Made by a program: the position numbers and the translations under genes. This document shows positions 39,400 to 54,655 of a stretch of DNA of 64,000 nt, piece by piece. The stretch comes from Octopus sinensis. Its lineage: Eukaryota. The stretch is from assembly GCF_006345805.1 (NCBI RefSeq), contig NC_043002.1:71486001-71550000 (forward strand). The letters are read 5' to 3'. Below the pieces are notes generated by a model. It did not search any database. It had not been told where the DNA came from and saw only the letters and a list, made by a program, of their open reading frames with translations. Positions within the stretch are counted from its first letter, which is position 1. The number at the start of each line of letters is the position of its first letter.

Positions 39400-39511
39400 A
39401 TTTATTATATAGAAGGAGCTTCTACAGGACTAGAACTGTTTCATTCAAGAGAAATCTTTCTCTTGAATGAAACAGTTCTAGTCCTGTAGAAGCTCCTTCT
39501 ATATAATAAAT
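39400..39511. repeat. Perfect palindrome, 55-bp arms, 2-nt loop
   Basis: ATTTATTATATAGAAGGAGCTTCTACAGGACTAGAACTGTTTCATTCAAGAGAAA-TC-TTTCTCTTGAATGAAACAGTTCTAGTCCTGTAGAAGCTCCTTCTATATAATAAAT. Confidence 0.97.
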
Positions 39512-39602
39512 TAATTTTACTCTGCTATGTATTGAGTACCTTATTTACTGTGGTTAACCCCGAATCAACCCGGGACCTACATATATATATATATATATAT
39601 AT

Positions 39603-39760
39603 AGGAGTGGCTTTGTGGTAAGTAGCTTGCTTACGAACCACATGGTTCCGGGTTCAGTCCCACTGCGTTGCACCTTAGGCAAGTATCTTCTACTATAGCC
39701 TCGGGCCGACCAAAGCCTTGTGAGTGGATTTGGTAGGCGGAAACTGAAAGAAGCCCGTCG
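39603..39760 (+). mobile_element. SINE family A, 5' half
   Basis: Near-consensus head through GAAGCCCGTCG, ending in the internal microsatellite. Confidence 0.88.
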
Positions 39761-39782
39761 TATATATATGTATATATATATG

Positions 39783-39815
<33 letters not shown>

Positions 39816-40006
39816 CAAATGTATCTATTTTTTTACATATTGATGTATATATGCACTGTGCATGCATGTCTAGAGAAAAATATACGTGTGCATATAAGCA
39901 TATACATGTGTCTGTGCACACGTATACATGTCTTCAAGCAAGGATGTCGCTTATATGTGAATTCGCACAATTTGGTTACGTATATGTATATATATATATT
40001 TCTTTA

Positions 40007-40224
40007 CTACCCACAAGGGGCTAAACACAGAGGGGACAAACAAGGACAGACAAACGGATTAAGTCGATCACATCAACCCCAGTGAATTGGTACTTAATTT
40101 ATAGACCCCGAAAGGATGAAAGGCAAAGTCGACCTCGGCGGAATTTGAACTCAGAACGTAACGGCAGAGGAAATATGGTTACGCATTTCGCCCGGCGTGC
40201 TAACGTCTCTGCCAGCTCGCCGCC
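40007..40224 (-). mobile_element. SINE family B monomer
   Basis: Reverse-complement match to family B. Confidence 0.88.
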
Positions 40225-42409
40225 CTCTTACGTATACGTATATAGATTTGCATATCACTACGTGCGTATATGCACTGAGAACATTCTGAACTTCTGGAAG
40301 TTTTTAGATATTTTCGTAATAACTTTTATGAATTAGCCTTTCCTGATTAGCCTTGTCATTACATATTTTGTGACGATCAACTTCTCAAACTGCCTGTGAA
40401 GCAGTTCGTAAGATATCCAAATGCTCTTGTTATCATACTATAAATCTGAAAGTTTAGTCTGTATGTAGTCGCTGCTGATTTCTCTTTTCTGAGCTGTATA
40501 CGTTTTCTTTTTCACTAATCTATAATATACCGACACGACACCAACTAGGCAGTATTCACTACTGTACAAATAACAATCTCGTTCTTCTCTCGAAGATAAT
40601 TATAATCAGTGTGCTATACTTGCATTTTACTGACTTCTTAGTTTTAATTTTCTACCAGTGTTTTCTTAATATTATGAGTTACTGGGGTTCCTTACATTTA
40701 TAGCCTCAGGGTCATCATTTCTGAACATTGCACCATGCCTCATACGTAACTGATACACGATGACAACTATCTATGGCGACAGCAAGATTGTCGCAATCAG
40801 CATGCATCTCATGTCGTTTAAGCGTGGTTTATTAGTGACCCTATTATATTTATGCGTCACATATTTAATTATTTCTTGATTCTCTATTACAAAAGGATGT
40901 CCTTCAAAGCGAGAGCTAAAATCTCAGTCGCTAGTAGTTCAAAATAGGCTAATTTGGTTATCAGTGTTACTTACACTTTGAGGCCTTTGGATACGTGTCT
41001 TCCACTTTGAGGCAATATAGCCAGGCATGAATAACCGGGGGTATAAAGCTTTCTTCTGCTGACTATTTGCAGTGAATCTTTGGGCGTGTGTCGTTGGTCA
41101 TCAGTTCCAGAATACTTCCTCGCATTTCTCACAAAGTTAACTGCGTAGTATTTGTAGACTTCGAAGCATCAACACTTGATGGCAAGTAGACATGGAAGCG
41201 ACGTGATGCGGCTTTCAAAGTCTGTTTCAATCGATGTGAGACATCAGCTACTTTTCATCGTTTCAGGAAGACGCAATCTATAGCACTATTGATCTTTTAT
41301 CGTTTATCTTTTACTAGTTTCAGACATTGAAGTGCTGCCATTCTATGGCAATGCCTTCAAAGAGTTATTCGGACAAATCCACTACGGTATTTTTTTTTAA
41401 AGTCTAGTACATGTTCTATCTCTCTTTTATGCTGAACCGCTTCACGGCATTTTCAATACGTATATCCACGCAAACTCACACACACACACGTGAATAGAAA
41501 CCTGTACTCACACGCATAAATACACAGACGCACACGCACACATACACACACACGCACGCACACACACATACACACACATGCATATATACCAAAGTAAGCA
41601 CATAAATGTGAAACAAGGTGGGATAAAATATTACTCGAAAACCGGAGGTAGAGTATTATACTTTGTAATTAAAGTTGAAAACCATCACAAAACGTGCTAC
41701 TCAGAGTTTCACGTTCTCGTTCGCAAAACTGTTTTGATTATGTATATATATATAAAAAAAACATATATATATATATATACTTCTACACAGTATCCAGCCA
41801 ACAAATTCACTCACAAGGTGTTGGGCGTCCCAGGCCTAAAGTGAAAGACACTTGAAAAAGGTGTTGTGCAGTGGAGCTGAACCTAACATCAGTTGTTGAG
41901 AAGCACTCACTGCCTGTGGAAAACTCTGATGTGACTTCCAGTTTTCCAGTTTTAACATCAACAGCTCAAATATCATTGAACGTCCAGTCAAATTATTCAT
42001 ATGTTGCTATGTATACTGGACAGCAACCACATCCTGTCTGGCTTATTGATTTATTTATGTGGAAAGTTCAGAGCACCATATTTGTTTCTCATGGGGTTTT
42101 TGTTTTGTTATTGGTTGTGTTTTCTCTCTCTCCGTTTTAATTCCTCTTTCCATTGGTTTCTTTCGTCTCTCCTTTTTTTTTAGATGAGCTTAGGCCCGAA
42201 TCTTCAAACAATCCTTCGAAATTTTTCCTTTGTGTCAAACTTGGTGTTGTTCCCCCATCTTTCTCAGTCCTATGTATTTTATACAATTATGAAGCATTTA
42301 GTTATTTCTTGCCCGTGGTTTGTTTCTTACAGGTTTCATCATACGAGGTATTTTCTTTCATTACCAGGTATCTCTAAATGTCGTTAGATGGGATAAAAAT
42401 ATGTATGTG

Positions 42410-42630
42410 TGTGTATATGTTTGTCTGCCTATGTTTGCCCCCCCCCTCTCAACATCGCTTGACAACCGATGCTGGTATGTTTACGTCCCCGTAACTTATT
42501 TGTTCGGCAAAAGAGAGCGATAGAATAAGTACTATGCTTACAAAGAATAAGTCCTGGGGTCGACTTGCTCGACTAAGGGCGGTGCTTCAGCATTGTCGCA
42601 GTCAAATGACTGAAACAAGTAAAAGAATAA
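42410..42630 (+). mobile_element. SINE family A, 3' half
   Basis: CATCGCTTGACAACCGATGCTGG...CAGTCAAATGACTGAAACAAGTAAAAGAAT. Confidence 0.85.
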
Positions 42631-43239
42631 AGAATAATATATATATAGCAGAGGAGGAAGAGGAGGAGGAGACTCAGGGGAGGAGAAGACGGGGGATGAG
42701 CAGGAGAAATAGGAGAGACCGAATGGCATATTAGTTAGCCATAGCTGGAAAAAGCCCTGCAATAGTTGATATTTATTGAAATGGATATTTTCGTTAGATA
42801 CTCTGTCATGTAATTTGTTCGTTAACGGCGTATTCTTTTTTCTTTGCATTAATCACTGGGAGATTTGCATAAATCGTTAGGATTTTGCTCACTAGAAGAA
42901 ATTATACGAAATTATACGTAATTATTCCAAATGACTACATCGCTTCAATTGATACAAGACTATTAATACACTTTTGCTACAGTAGGTAATATCAGTATAT
43001 ACGGTATACATACAATAAGTATAATTTGACTTTTATCAAATACCCCAGATAGCAAAAGTGTAGTTTCAAAGTTACCTTTCATACGGCTCCACCATTCCCA
43101 ATAATATTCGCATGCGAGTTCGCGATTGTAAAACTCTTCATGCAGTGCATTAACAATATAAGTGACAGGTGGTTGTGATTTTGTAATAATGAAGAATAAG
43201 ATGACAACGATAGTGGCCGGCGCAGCAGCAGCTGAGGAC

Positions 43240-43410
43240 GATGTTGTTGTTATTGTCGTCGTCGTTGACGGTGACGATGATGATGATGAAGATGATGATG
43301 ATGATGTGGAGGAGAAGGACGAGGATGGTGGTGGTGATGATGACGATGATTGATGATGATGATGATGATGATTATGATGATGATGATGATGATGATGATG
43401 ATACTCATTG
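43240..43410. repeat. (GAT)n/(GTT)n trinucleotide microsatellite
   Basis: Directly visible. It gives rise to the poly-D, poly-M and poly-H ORFs. Confidence 0.9.
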
Positions 43411-44434
43411 TGATGGTGATCAGGATGATGGAGACAAGTCATTTTTATTTTGGAGACGTCGAGAAATATTTCCATCCAGTACTACTTAGTATTTATTATC
43501 TATTAATGCACGCAACAGTCCGGATAAATAGAGTTTAATTGCTTGACCTTTCCAATGATGAGAGCTATCCATCAACAAGTAATCATCTTTATTGTCTCCA
43601 TGTGATGTTGGAGTGAAGTGAGAGTCGGTCATATAGCGTCCTATATCGTGACTCATCTTTGTTTCATCAGAATGCTGAAAACAAAACGACCAAGGTGGAA
43701 TTTGAACACGTATCATAAAGGACTACCACATACCGGCCGAAATTACATATACAGCGCGTAAATTAGTCGTTAGATTCATATTAGTTCATTATATATTGCA
43801 TCATTGGTTCTGGCTGTGTAGTAGCAGAATTTGTAAAGCGCCAGCAAATACATATTTTCCTGCATTTATGTTCTGTGTTCAAGTTGCATTGCTACCAGCA
43901 ATGAAATACATACCGGTTGATAACTAAGGGTAATGTAATAGATTCCCCACGACCCTTAAAATGAATGATTTTCTCTGAAGTTTAAAAGGCTTTCTATATT
44001 CCACCTTGGTTACAACTGTAAATTGGCAATATCATTAGAGCATTGGAAAAATAGATTTGCGGCATTCCTTCCGAATTATCATGTTGTCAGTACAAATCAC
44101 ACCAAGAAAAACTTTATTTCTCATTGCTAAAATAAAGTATCAGTCAAGTACTAATGTCGATAGAACGGGAAAATCTTCCACTCTGAAAATTGACGGACTT
44201 ATGCATAAATCAGAAATCATTATATGGTGCAACATATATACACAAATGATGATGGTTACAGATATTCAAGGGATGGGCTGATGCTTCTCTGAATTTGTCT
44301 ACGAAGCATGTATTGAGGGACTAATGAATCTTGTGCAACCTGGTGCAAGGATCATCGGTTGAGGACAACTTTATTTTTTGCCGATGGTTGCGTATTTCGC
44401 CGATAAACATTAGCGAAAGACGCTCACAAACATG

Positions 44435-44469
<35 letters not shown>

Positions 44470-44471
<2 letters not shown>

Positions 44472-44680
44472 TGAGATGAACTCGCACAGGGAGGAATTTG
44501 ATCTGTTGATCATGTGCTGGAACGAAAACAATTACAGCGTGAAAACACGAAGTTTTGTCAGTGAACAGGTCGCGGTCTCAAAGCGACGAAAATATTTTCA
44601 CAACTGAAATTTAAATGTTGAAGTGAATTTAACGGTTTTTGTGTGTTTCTTAAATGGCTTATAAACACCTTCCACGCAGC
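44470..44680 (+). repeat. Possible Penelope-type terminal repeat fragment with hammerhead-like fold
   Basis: TTGTCA-GTGAACAG-GTCGC(GGTCTCAAA)GCGAC-GAAA-ATATTTT-CACAA. Confidence 0.3.
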
Positions 44681-44688
44681 AATTGTTA

Positions 44689-45261
<573 letters not shown>

Positions 45262-45609
45262 AATTATTTATGTGATTGCAAAGGGAATAGACTAGGAACT
45301 GTATAAAATACAAAGTATTCTGCCATATAATGTTTGTATAAGATATATTACTTTTGATAAAATCCTGAATATTTATAAATGTATTTGATGACTTTAGCAT
45401 AATCTCCATCATCCACATTCCTCTCACAATATATTGGTCATACCAGGCTTGACAAGTAACTCTTGAAACGATAGGCACAAGATGAAGCATTTCAGGATCG
45501 AACCGCCGATTTCTTTACCATTAATATTTAGCATAAGATTAGAATGATATTACTATGGTGAATAAAGCAACTGGATTCAGAAAAAACATTCCGTCGTTCA
45601 TATGCATGG

Positions 45610-45960
45610 ATGTATGACCCTCAAGAAGCTCCAGTCTCAATCTTTGGACTTTTCTACTTGGTCCATTTTGCAGACGAGGGCTTCGAGCACTCTTCATGCG
45701 TCGCCCGACGCTCTGTAGGCAAAACTGCTCCAGGAATGGGCTTCGATTCCGCAAGAACTGCTGCGTGCTGCGTGTGAGACATTCGCACCAAGACTTAAGG
45801 CTATGATTCGAAACAGTGGTGATCATATCGAATAAATGTGGTAGTGTCAGGATTGTGTTTCCTTCACCATAGTATTGCAACGCTCGGACCTGAAATATGA
45901 AAATTGTTTGCTTTTCTCAAAATTAAACATATTTGGTTGCCTTAAATTTGAGACACCCTC
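45610..45960 (+). mobile_element. Tc1/mariner-superfamily transposon, 3' fragment (WPPxSPDLNPLD-type)
   Basis: *PSRSSSLN / LDFSTWSILQ...LLQEWASIPQELLRAACETFAPRLKAMIRNSGDHIE* (stop at 45833-45835). The end resembles a TIR, AAATTTGAGACACCCT. Confidence 0.85.
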
Positions 45961-45964
45961 CACT

Positions 45965-46123
45965 ATGGTCAAAAAATCAATTGAGAAATGCACGAAGCAA
46001 ATGCTACTACAATTTGCAATCGTTCCATTTTGTCAATGTGCCAGTGGAACAACAACACAAGTTAGATTAAATAAGGAAAACTTATTCATTGAAAAATATA
46101 AGCCAAAACTTAACCATTTCTAA
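45965..46123 (+). mobile_element. Penelope-like element, GIY-YIG endonuclease C-terminal fragment
   Basis: EKCTKQMLLQFAIVPFCQCASGTTTQVRLNKENLFIEKYKPKLN* matches the PLE GIY-YIG end motif RxxxExxxIxxxxPxLN. Confidence 0.65.
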
Positions 46124-46680
46124 CATTTTTAAATATGGAAACTCACCTCATTTAAAAAAATATAAAGCAAAACCTAACCACGTGTAACACACTGTTTTTT
46201 CTAAACCAAATCATGTTAAATCAATAAAACCTAGTCATTCCCAACCTTTTCCTTATCACCCTTATACCAGAAAAATCCCTGATTACCTTCCCCATTTGGG
46301 AACTGCATATTTCACAACATGGCGAAGCCATGACACAATACAGGTAAAGAAATTTGAGAAATTTGAAAAGAAAATATGAAACCGGTTATTTCTCCCAAAA
46401 CAATGTTACCATACGCAAAATTTTATAACATCTTTCTTACATAACTATTTAAATATATTCTTTAAGCATATAACGCAAGCCTTCTGTAGTTTTTTCATTC
46501 TATTTTGTCTTTTATATATATATATACATATATATATCAAGGAAGTACTGGTTCATGGTCAACATTATAGCTTCTATTTCTGAAGAAAAGAGTTCAATTA
46601 CTAAATATTTAGAATATAAGATCTCCTGATATAGAAATTTACTTCGTGGGCTAAAACAAAATTACTTCCTTACGTGCATG

Positions 46681-46743
<63 letters not shown>

Positions 46744-47044
46744 TCTATGTGCGTATGTATGTGTGCATGCGTTCATGCGTTTATCTGACTATGATAATAT
46801 TTATTTGGTTGCAATATAAATATGTTAGGAACTTATTAAGCAAACAGAATTCCAACGCTTGAGGCCTGTATAATATATATTTCCTTGAAATAATCTTGAG
46901 TTGAAATAGTTCCAAGAAATTGAAGCTTTGGAAGTCATAAGGTTTCAAGAGTTCTCTGGAATCTCCTTCAAAATTTCAGTGCACAATGTGTACAGATGCC
47001 CATATTCAGAAATATACCCTCACGCAGGTACGCCCACAGAAACA

Positions 47045-48228
<1,184 letters not shown>

Positions 48229-48616
48229 GGCACATATATGCATGTATGGAATCCTGAAAAATATTAATTATTACAGAAAGATATCACGATCTAGTTGATT
48301 TATGTGGTACTTACGACATTTACAGCCTCACATTGGTGAACAGTAATTTTGTTTTAAGCATTTTTGGAACGTTTCCATATTGATATAAATTGGATAAATA
48401 TTAAGCACTGAACAAACTCAAAAATATAATTTATACTAACGTGTGATATATAGTACAAATATATATATACTTCAAAGAAAAATAGATGAATATATCCCCG
48501 TCTACTTTTTTTGTGTGTTTTCTGCCTATCTGTCTCTACTATTGTGATGTGTTTACACTTACTTTCAGACATATTTATACAGGCATGTATACACTCACAC
48601 ACACACACACACATAC

Positions 48617-48657
<41 letters not shown>

Positions 48658-48768
48658 CATACATACATACACATAAACATATATGCATACATACATACAT
48701 GCATACATACATACATACATACATACATACATACATACATACATACATACATACATACATACATACAT

Positions 48769-49375
48769 AAATACATATACGCATACAACCAACTGATTCC
48801 TACATTACAAATACTACCTGTAAGCAGAACTGTAAAATTATTGTAGAAATTTCTCAGGTTTGAAATGTGACAACGCTTTCATTATCTACATTCCAAAGAT
48901 GGAGTTTGTATCTTTGTATCTTTGTTAGAGACCAGCTTTTTCTGGGGAGGAAGAATTGAAATGGTGAAAAACAGAAAAGACACGTATACATACATACATA
49001 CATACATACATACATACATACATACATACATACATTCATACATACATACATACATACTACATACATACATACATAAATACATATACGCATACAACCAACT
49101 GATTCCTACATTACAAATACTACCTGTAAGCAGAACTGTAAAATTATTGTAGAAATTTCTCAGGTTTGAAATGTGACAACGCTTTCATTATCTACATTCC
49201 AAAGATGGAGTTTGTATCTTTGTATCTTTGTTAGAGACCAGCTTTTTCTGGGGAGGAAGAATTGAAATGGTGAAAAACAGAAAAGACACGTATACATACA
49301 TACATACATACATACATACATACATACATACATACATACATTCATACATACATACATACATACTTACATACATAC
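48769..49375 (+). repeat. 306-bp tandem duplication (two units, unique ~219-bp cores identical)
   Basis: 48769-48987 equals 49075-49293. The same interruption in the following (TACA)n is repeated at offset 306. Confidence 0.95.
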
Positions 49376-49462
49376 ATACATACATTCATACACACACATA
49401 CATACATTCATACATACATATATACATACATACATACATACATACATACATACATACATACA

Positions 49463-49496
<34 letters not shown>

Positions 49497-49539
49497 CATA
49501 CATTCATACAGCTTTTGAATGTTGCATTGTATCAATCAG

Positions 49540-50397
49540 GCAATGTGTGATAAACAGTAAAATCATAAAGGAGTATATCCCATGCATACACAAAACAGAG
49601 AGCAACAACATTTTCAGAATTGAAAAAGAACTACTTTGCGAATACACAAAGGAGGCTGGACTGGCTTACCTAAACTGAAGCTTGGAGGAGAAGCAGACCA
49701 CATACCGACGAAAAGTAATACATGAGTACATATCTCGTAAGGAATAAGGTAACATCATTGAAAAGAGTATCCTCTCCTGGACCTGTGACAGGTACATTAG
49801 ATTCAACCTAGAAGGATATGCCTTCGTTATCCAGGAACAGGTGGTAGCTTCTAAATACCTGGAATACAAGAAGGATAAAGATACCATGAAACTTCCACGT
49901 CGTGGTAAAAAAAATTATCGGCTCTGCTATACCAGTTTGGATGATATCAACCACATCCTCAGCAGCTGACCCCAAATGTCTACGAGATAGTACCAACCCT
50001 GAGGCATGATATAGTTGCAAAAACAATGCTATACATAGGAAGGATTGCTCTGACATAAACATCAAATGCATACCAGAACCAGCAGATACTCATACCTTTG
50101 AAAATAAGGAATACTGGTGCAACGCCCCAATAAAAGCATCAATTCTATGCAAACATAACAGACCTGATACTGTTCTATAGGACAGGGCGCAAATGTCATG
50201 CTCAGCTGTTGAGGTCAGCTGCCCAACATGTGTGCATCTACAACCAAAGGTTCGAAGCAAAGAGACAATTTATGGCGAACTTACAACTCTTGTACCCTGA
50301 GAATGAATTCTCATTTGTAGCCAGCATCGTAGGTGCATTAGATCACGTAACGACAAATTTGTACAAAAAGCTGGAAATATACGGTTTCACGAAATAA
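49540..50397 (+). mobile_element. R4/Dong-like (RLE-type) non-LTR retrotransposon, decayed C-terminal fragment
   Basis: EGYAFVIQEQVVASKY; YRLCYTSLDDINHILSS*P (CCHC knuckle relic); RHDIVAK; KHNRPDTVL*D...AVEVSCP (RLE core); IVGAL. Confidence 0.8.
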
Positions 50398-50502
50398 GAG
50401 GAAAAGAAACTGGCGTAGATTTTCTATATATATATGTGATGGTGCTCCAGCTTTACCACAGCCACCTGGCGGAAACACATACAAGAATAAAAGAATATAC
50501 AT

Positions 50503-50535
<33 letters not shown>

Positions 50536-51262
50536 TTACTGACGTCGTACGAATTTTAAAGTTTCCTTATTGTCAAGGAAATTGTCATTTTGTGCCATAA
50601 TGTGTATGTACAATTAAAGGCCTCAAAACTAGTAGTTTTTGAGAAAGCTTCTTTCTTTTATGTATCGTACTAAAATGACAAAAGCAGATGAAAATTATCG
50701 AGCAATGGTGGTAGATTTGCTAAATGACCAATTCTGTGTCTTTCAAAGACATCAGTACCTACCATCAACCGCTTGCTTAAACACATTCCACTTTTACTGG
50801 AATAGAATAACACTGCTAAACACATCAATGCCTTTGCAATTTGTTGGCGTCTTGCGTAAAATTGTTATTAACGACGGAGATATAATGCATGCATGCATAC
50901 ATACGTACGTACATAAACATATACACAGATACAAACACACACATACACACACACCAACGCACACTCATAGTTTCCTAATATAGGAGCAACATAAAAAGTA
51001 CTCCACTCACTGAGAAATGTCTTCATTTATTTAGCTTGCGATATATGTATGTATGTGTGCTAGTGTTTGTGAACGTATAATGCATACATACAGTGTGTTA
51101 GATGGAGAGAGATAGAGCACATAAAAGGGGATTAATAAATTCAAGTTCAATCCTCAGTCAGTACACCTCTCTATGCCGGTTAACGGAGTGTTTCGCAGTT
51201 GCATTTTCAGTGTCCATGCCAAAAAGCGTGTTGCGTTGGCAAGCATAACCTGATACATATAC

Positions 51263-51657
51263 TCCTTTACTCTTTTCTACTCTTTTACTTGTTTCTGTTA
51301 TCAGGAATTATTTTTTGTAAGCCTAGTATTTATTCAATCGGTCTCTTATTGCCGAACCGCTAAGTTACGGGGACGTAAACATACCAGCATCGGTTGTCGA
51401 GCGATGGTGGGGAGACAAGCAGAGGCACACAAACATATACACACACATACACATACATATATATAGATACATATATATATATACATACATATATACGACG
51501 GGCTTCTTTCAGTTTCCGTCGACCAAATCCACTCAAAAGGCTTTGGTCAGCCCGAGCTGTAGTAGAAGACACTTGCCCAAGGTACCACACAGAAGGACTG
51601 AACCCGGAACAATGCGGTTGGTAAGCTAGCTACTTACCACACAGCCACTCCTGCGCC
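51263..51657 (-). mobile_element. SINE family A with internal deletion in tail
   Basis: Reverse-complement alignment to family A. Confidence 0.85.
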
Positions 51658-52650
51658 TATGAACAGGTTTCGGTTTCTCGAGACTCGGGTTACCCTTATT
51701 GTATTCTCTAATGTTTATACACACACACACACAAACATACACACATACACACATACGCGCGCACATACACACACACATATACACGCGCGTGCGCGTTTCA
51801 GTTTAGTGTTGCCGGCAGATAGAGAGATTTCAGTGTACACAATTTCTCTACGTCACTTTTCAGAACAAGATTTTATTCTTATTTATATTCGCCGTTTCTT
51901 CTTTTGCATGTTTCTTATTTAGTTTTCTGCTTTTTTTAAAGGAAATTTTGTACCAGCAACATGAATGCTTTAGCAGACTCATAAGATATATAACATGTAT
52001 TCACGACACATACGTAGAAAGATGCTGGCTTGGTTTTTCATTATCTCAAGTAACTTTAATATCTCCAACGTATGGAAGGGTTTGCAAACGGCTCTTGGAA
52101 AGTCTATACTGAAAAATATCTCACTTAGTCGAGTGTGTAGTAGTCAATTAAATAAAAATCCTTTTATCGACTTGGAAGCTATCAAAACACTCACTTAGCA
52201 TTGGTCGATATAACTGCATGGTTGTCACTAAAATTTCTAATTGGAAACCACTTGAAAGTTAAGATCCACTCTCTTCTGCCTTCATAATGGAAGTCTTTAA
52301 TCTGTTCTCTGTACTATGGACACAGACATGCATTGCAGAAATAGATCGAACAATTATGCAACGGTAATTTTTGCATCTGTCTCTCTCTCTCCCTCTCTCT
52401 CTTTTCCTGTATCTCTCCCTCTCCTTCCTCTTTCTCTCTCTCGCTCATCCTCTCTTATTACGGCAGTTGTCCTCAAAAGCATCCAATAGTAGAAACACAG
52501 GCCGACTTCCATTTTTGTAAAAAAATACTTTCGCCAGATAATATTATTCGCTGCAATATTTTAGGCTTGTTTTTCAAAGTTTTTTTTCTCCTTTTTTTAT
52601 TTTTCAACATATTTTCAGCTTCTTTGAATTTGAAATCATAAAGTCTACGT

Positions 52651-52895
52651 AGGCGTTGACGTGACTGAGTGGTAAAAAATTTGCCTCCTAGTCACATATT
52701 CTGAGTTCAAGCCCACTTGGCCAAGCGTCTTCTAATATAGCCTCGGGCCGACCAAAGCCTTGTGAGTGATTTTGTAGACGGAAACTGAAAGTAACCTGTT
52801 GTATGTGTGTATGTGTGTGTGTATGCATACGTGCGTGTGTGCCTGTCCCCCCCCCCACCACTTGACAATCGATGTTGGTTTGTTTACGTTCCTGT
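52651..52895 (+). mobile_element. SINE family A, 3'-truncated
   Basis: TATAGCCTCGGGCCGACCAAAGCCTTGTGAGTG...CTTGACAATCGATGTTGG. Confidence 0.8.
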
Positions 52896-53389
52896 CACGA
52901 AGTTTCTCTTCACTAAAAACTCTACAAGGGGGTGCCCCCACATGCTCGCACTCTCACAACTGAAACAAGTTATAGAAAAATAGAAAACAAACCAAGATTG
53001 AAATATAAACGACTTATCTGTTATCGAATTTGAAGTGCAAATACTTAACGATTTATCTCGATAAATTGAAGGCACCTGCGACATGTTTTAACCAACAAAT
53101 AGTTCTTGCAGCCTGAAAATAAATTATACTTGAGATCTGTCATTTATCGGCCTCCATGTGTATTCATGTTTATTTGTCTTATTGATATGCAAACAATAAC
53201 CTGTGTTCTGTTACATTTGTTTACTAAATAGGGGTTACTTCGTTTCTCCTTTAACTTGCCAGAACAACATATCATTTGTACTATGATATTATTTCTGATG
53301 TTTATTCAAAAACTGCTTTGCCTATTTCATTTTACGGTAAGTTATACCATAGTCAAGATGCTATGGTTAAAGTTACGTGTTCTGCGTAT

Positions 53390-53579
53390 TAGCCTAGGCA
53401 GGCTCATAGGCCCGGTTTCTAACGCCAGTCCATCGTAGCCTTACTCATTTTTGCCAGCTGAGTGGACTGGAGCAACGTGAAACGGAGTGTTTTGCTCAAG
53501 AACACAACGCGTCGCCCGGTCCAGGAATCGAAACCACGATCATGATGCTGACACCCTAACCACTAAGCCACGCGCCTCC
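53390..53579 (-). mobile_element. SINE family C
   Basis: Reverse complement of the 38017 copy (CCAGGAATCGAAACC...CTAACCACTAAGCCACGCGCCTCC). Confidence 0.85.
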
Positions 53580-53889
53580 ACATTTAGAAATAGATACGAT
53601 ACCCAATCGAATGCAGATTTTTTACGTGTACTTGTGAGTGTGTTTACGTGTGTGTCTGTGTGCCTGTCTGTGAGCGTGTGTATATGTGTGTGCGAGAGAG
53701 TGCGAGTGTGTGTGTCTGTACACATGAGAGAGAGAGAGAGAGAGATGCTGAGAGAGAATTTTGTGAAAGTACTGAACTTGTAGCCTTGTAAACTTGTAAA
53801 TTCGTAAGCGTATTTCGATGCTGAAACAGATCGATGAAGTGAAATCTGCATTTATAAGTATATGCATGCATGAATGCAGGAGTGTGTGT

Positions 53890-54160
<271 letters not shown>

Positions 54161-54615
54161 ACACACACACATTGCATACGTGTGTGAATTTATGTACGTA
54201 TACGCGTGGTTAAACACCAGAAGGGAACAGCAAATCGCCAAACATTGGCTCCTAGATCTCACAAAGATTTCCTTATGGACGTCCCTGCCAATATCAATAA
54301 AACCGCTCGTGGTGATAACGAGGACTTTTATCTGAAACTGTCACGAAGAACTTGAGCGTTGCTACTCCTTTTGAAGATGATAATGTTTGAAGCATATAGC
54401 ATTGCTAACACTTCCATCACTGCCTCTACAACAACACACTCACAATCACCACCTTTCGATTATCACCATCATGCTATTCTTTGCTACTAGCAGTATTAAT
54501 GCAACCGTGAAAATACCTTGATACCTCTAGCACTGCGACATGCATGTATATTCAACATATTTATCTCTAACAATGCAGTACAGCTACTGTCATCTTAATG
54601 TACGTAGCTATGTAT

Positions 54616-54655
<40 letters not shown>

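Noticed and set aside
42963-43538. Poly-His/Ser, poly-Asp and poly-Met ORFs
   Set aside because: These are translations of the (GAT)n/(GTT)n microsatellite.
48769-49375. Regularly spaced repeats as a possible CRISPR-like array
   Set aside because: There are only two long units without unique spacers, in a eukaryotic context with no cas genes.
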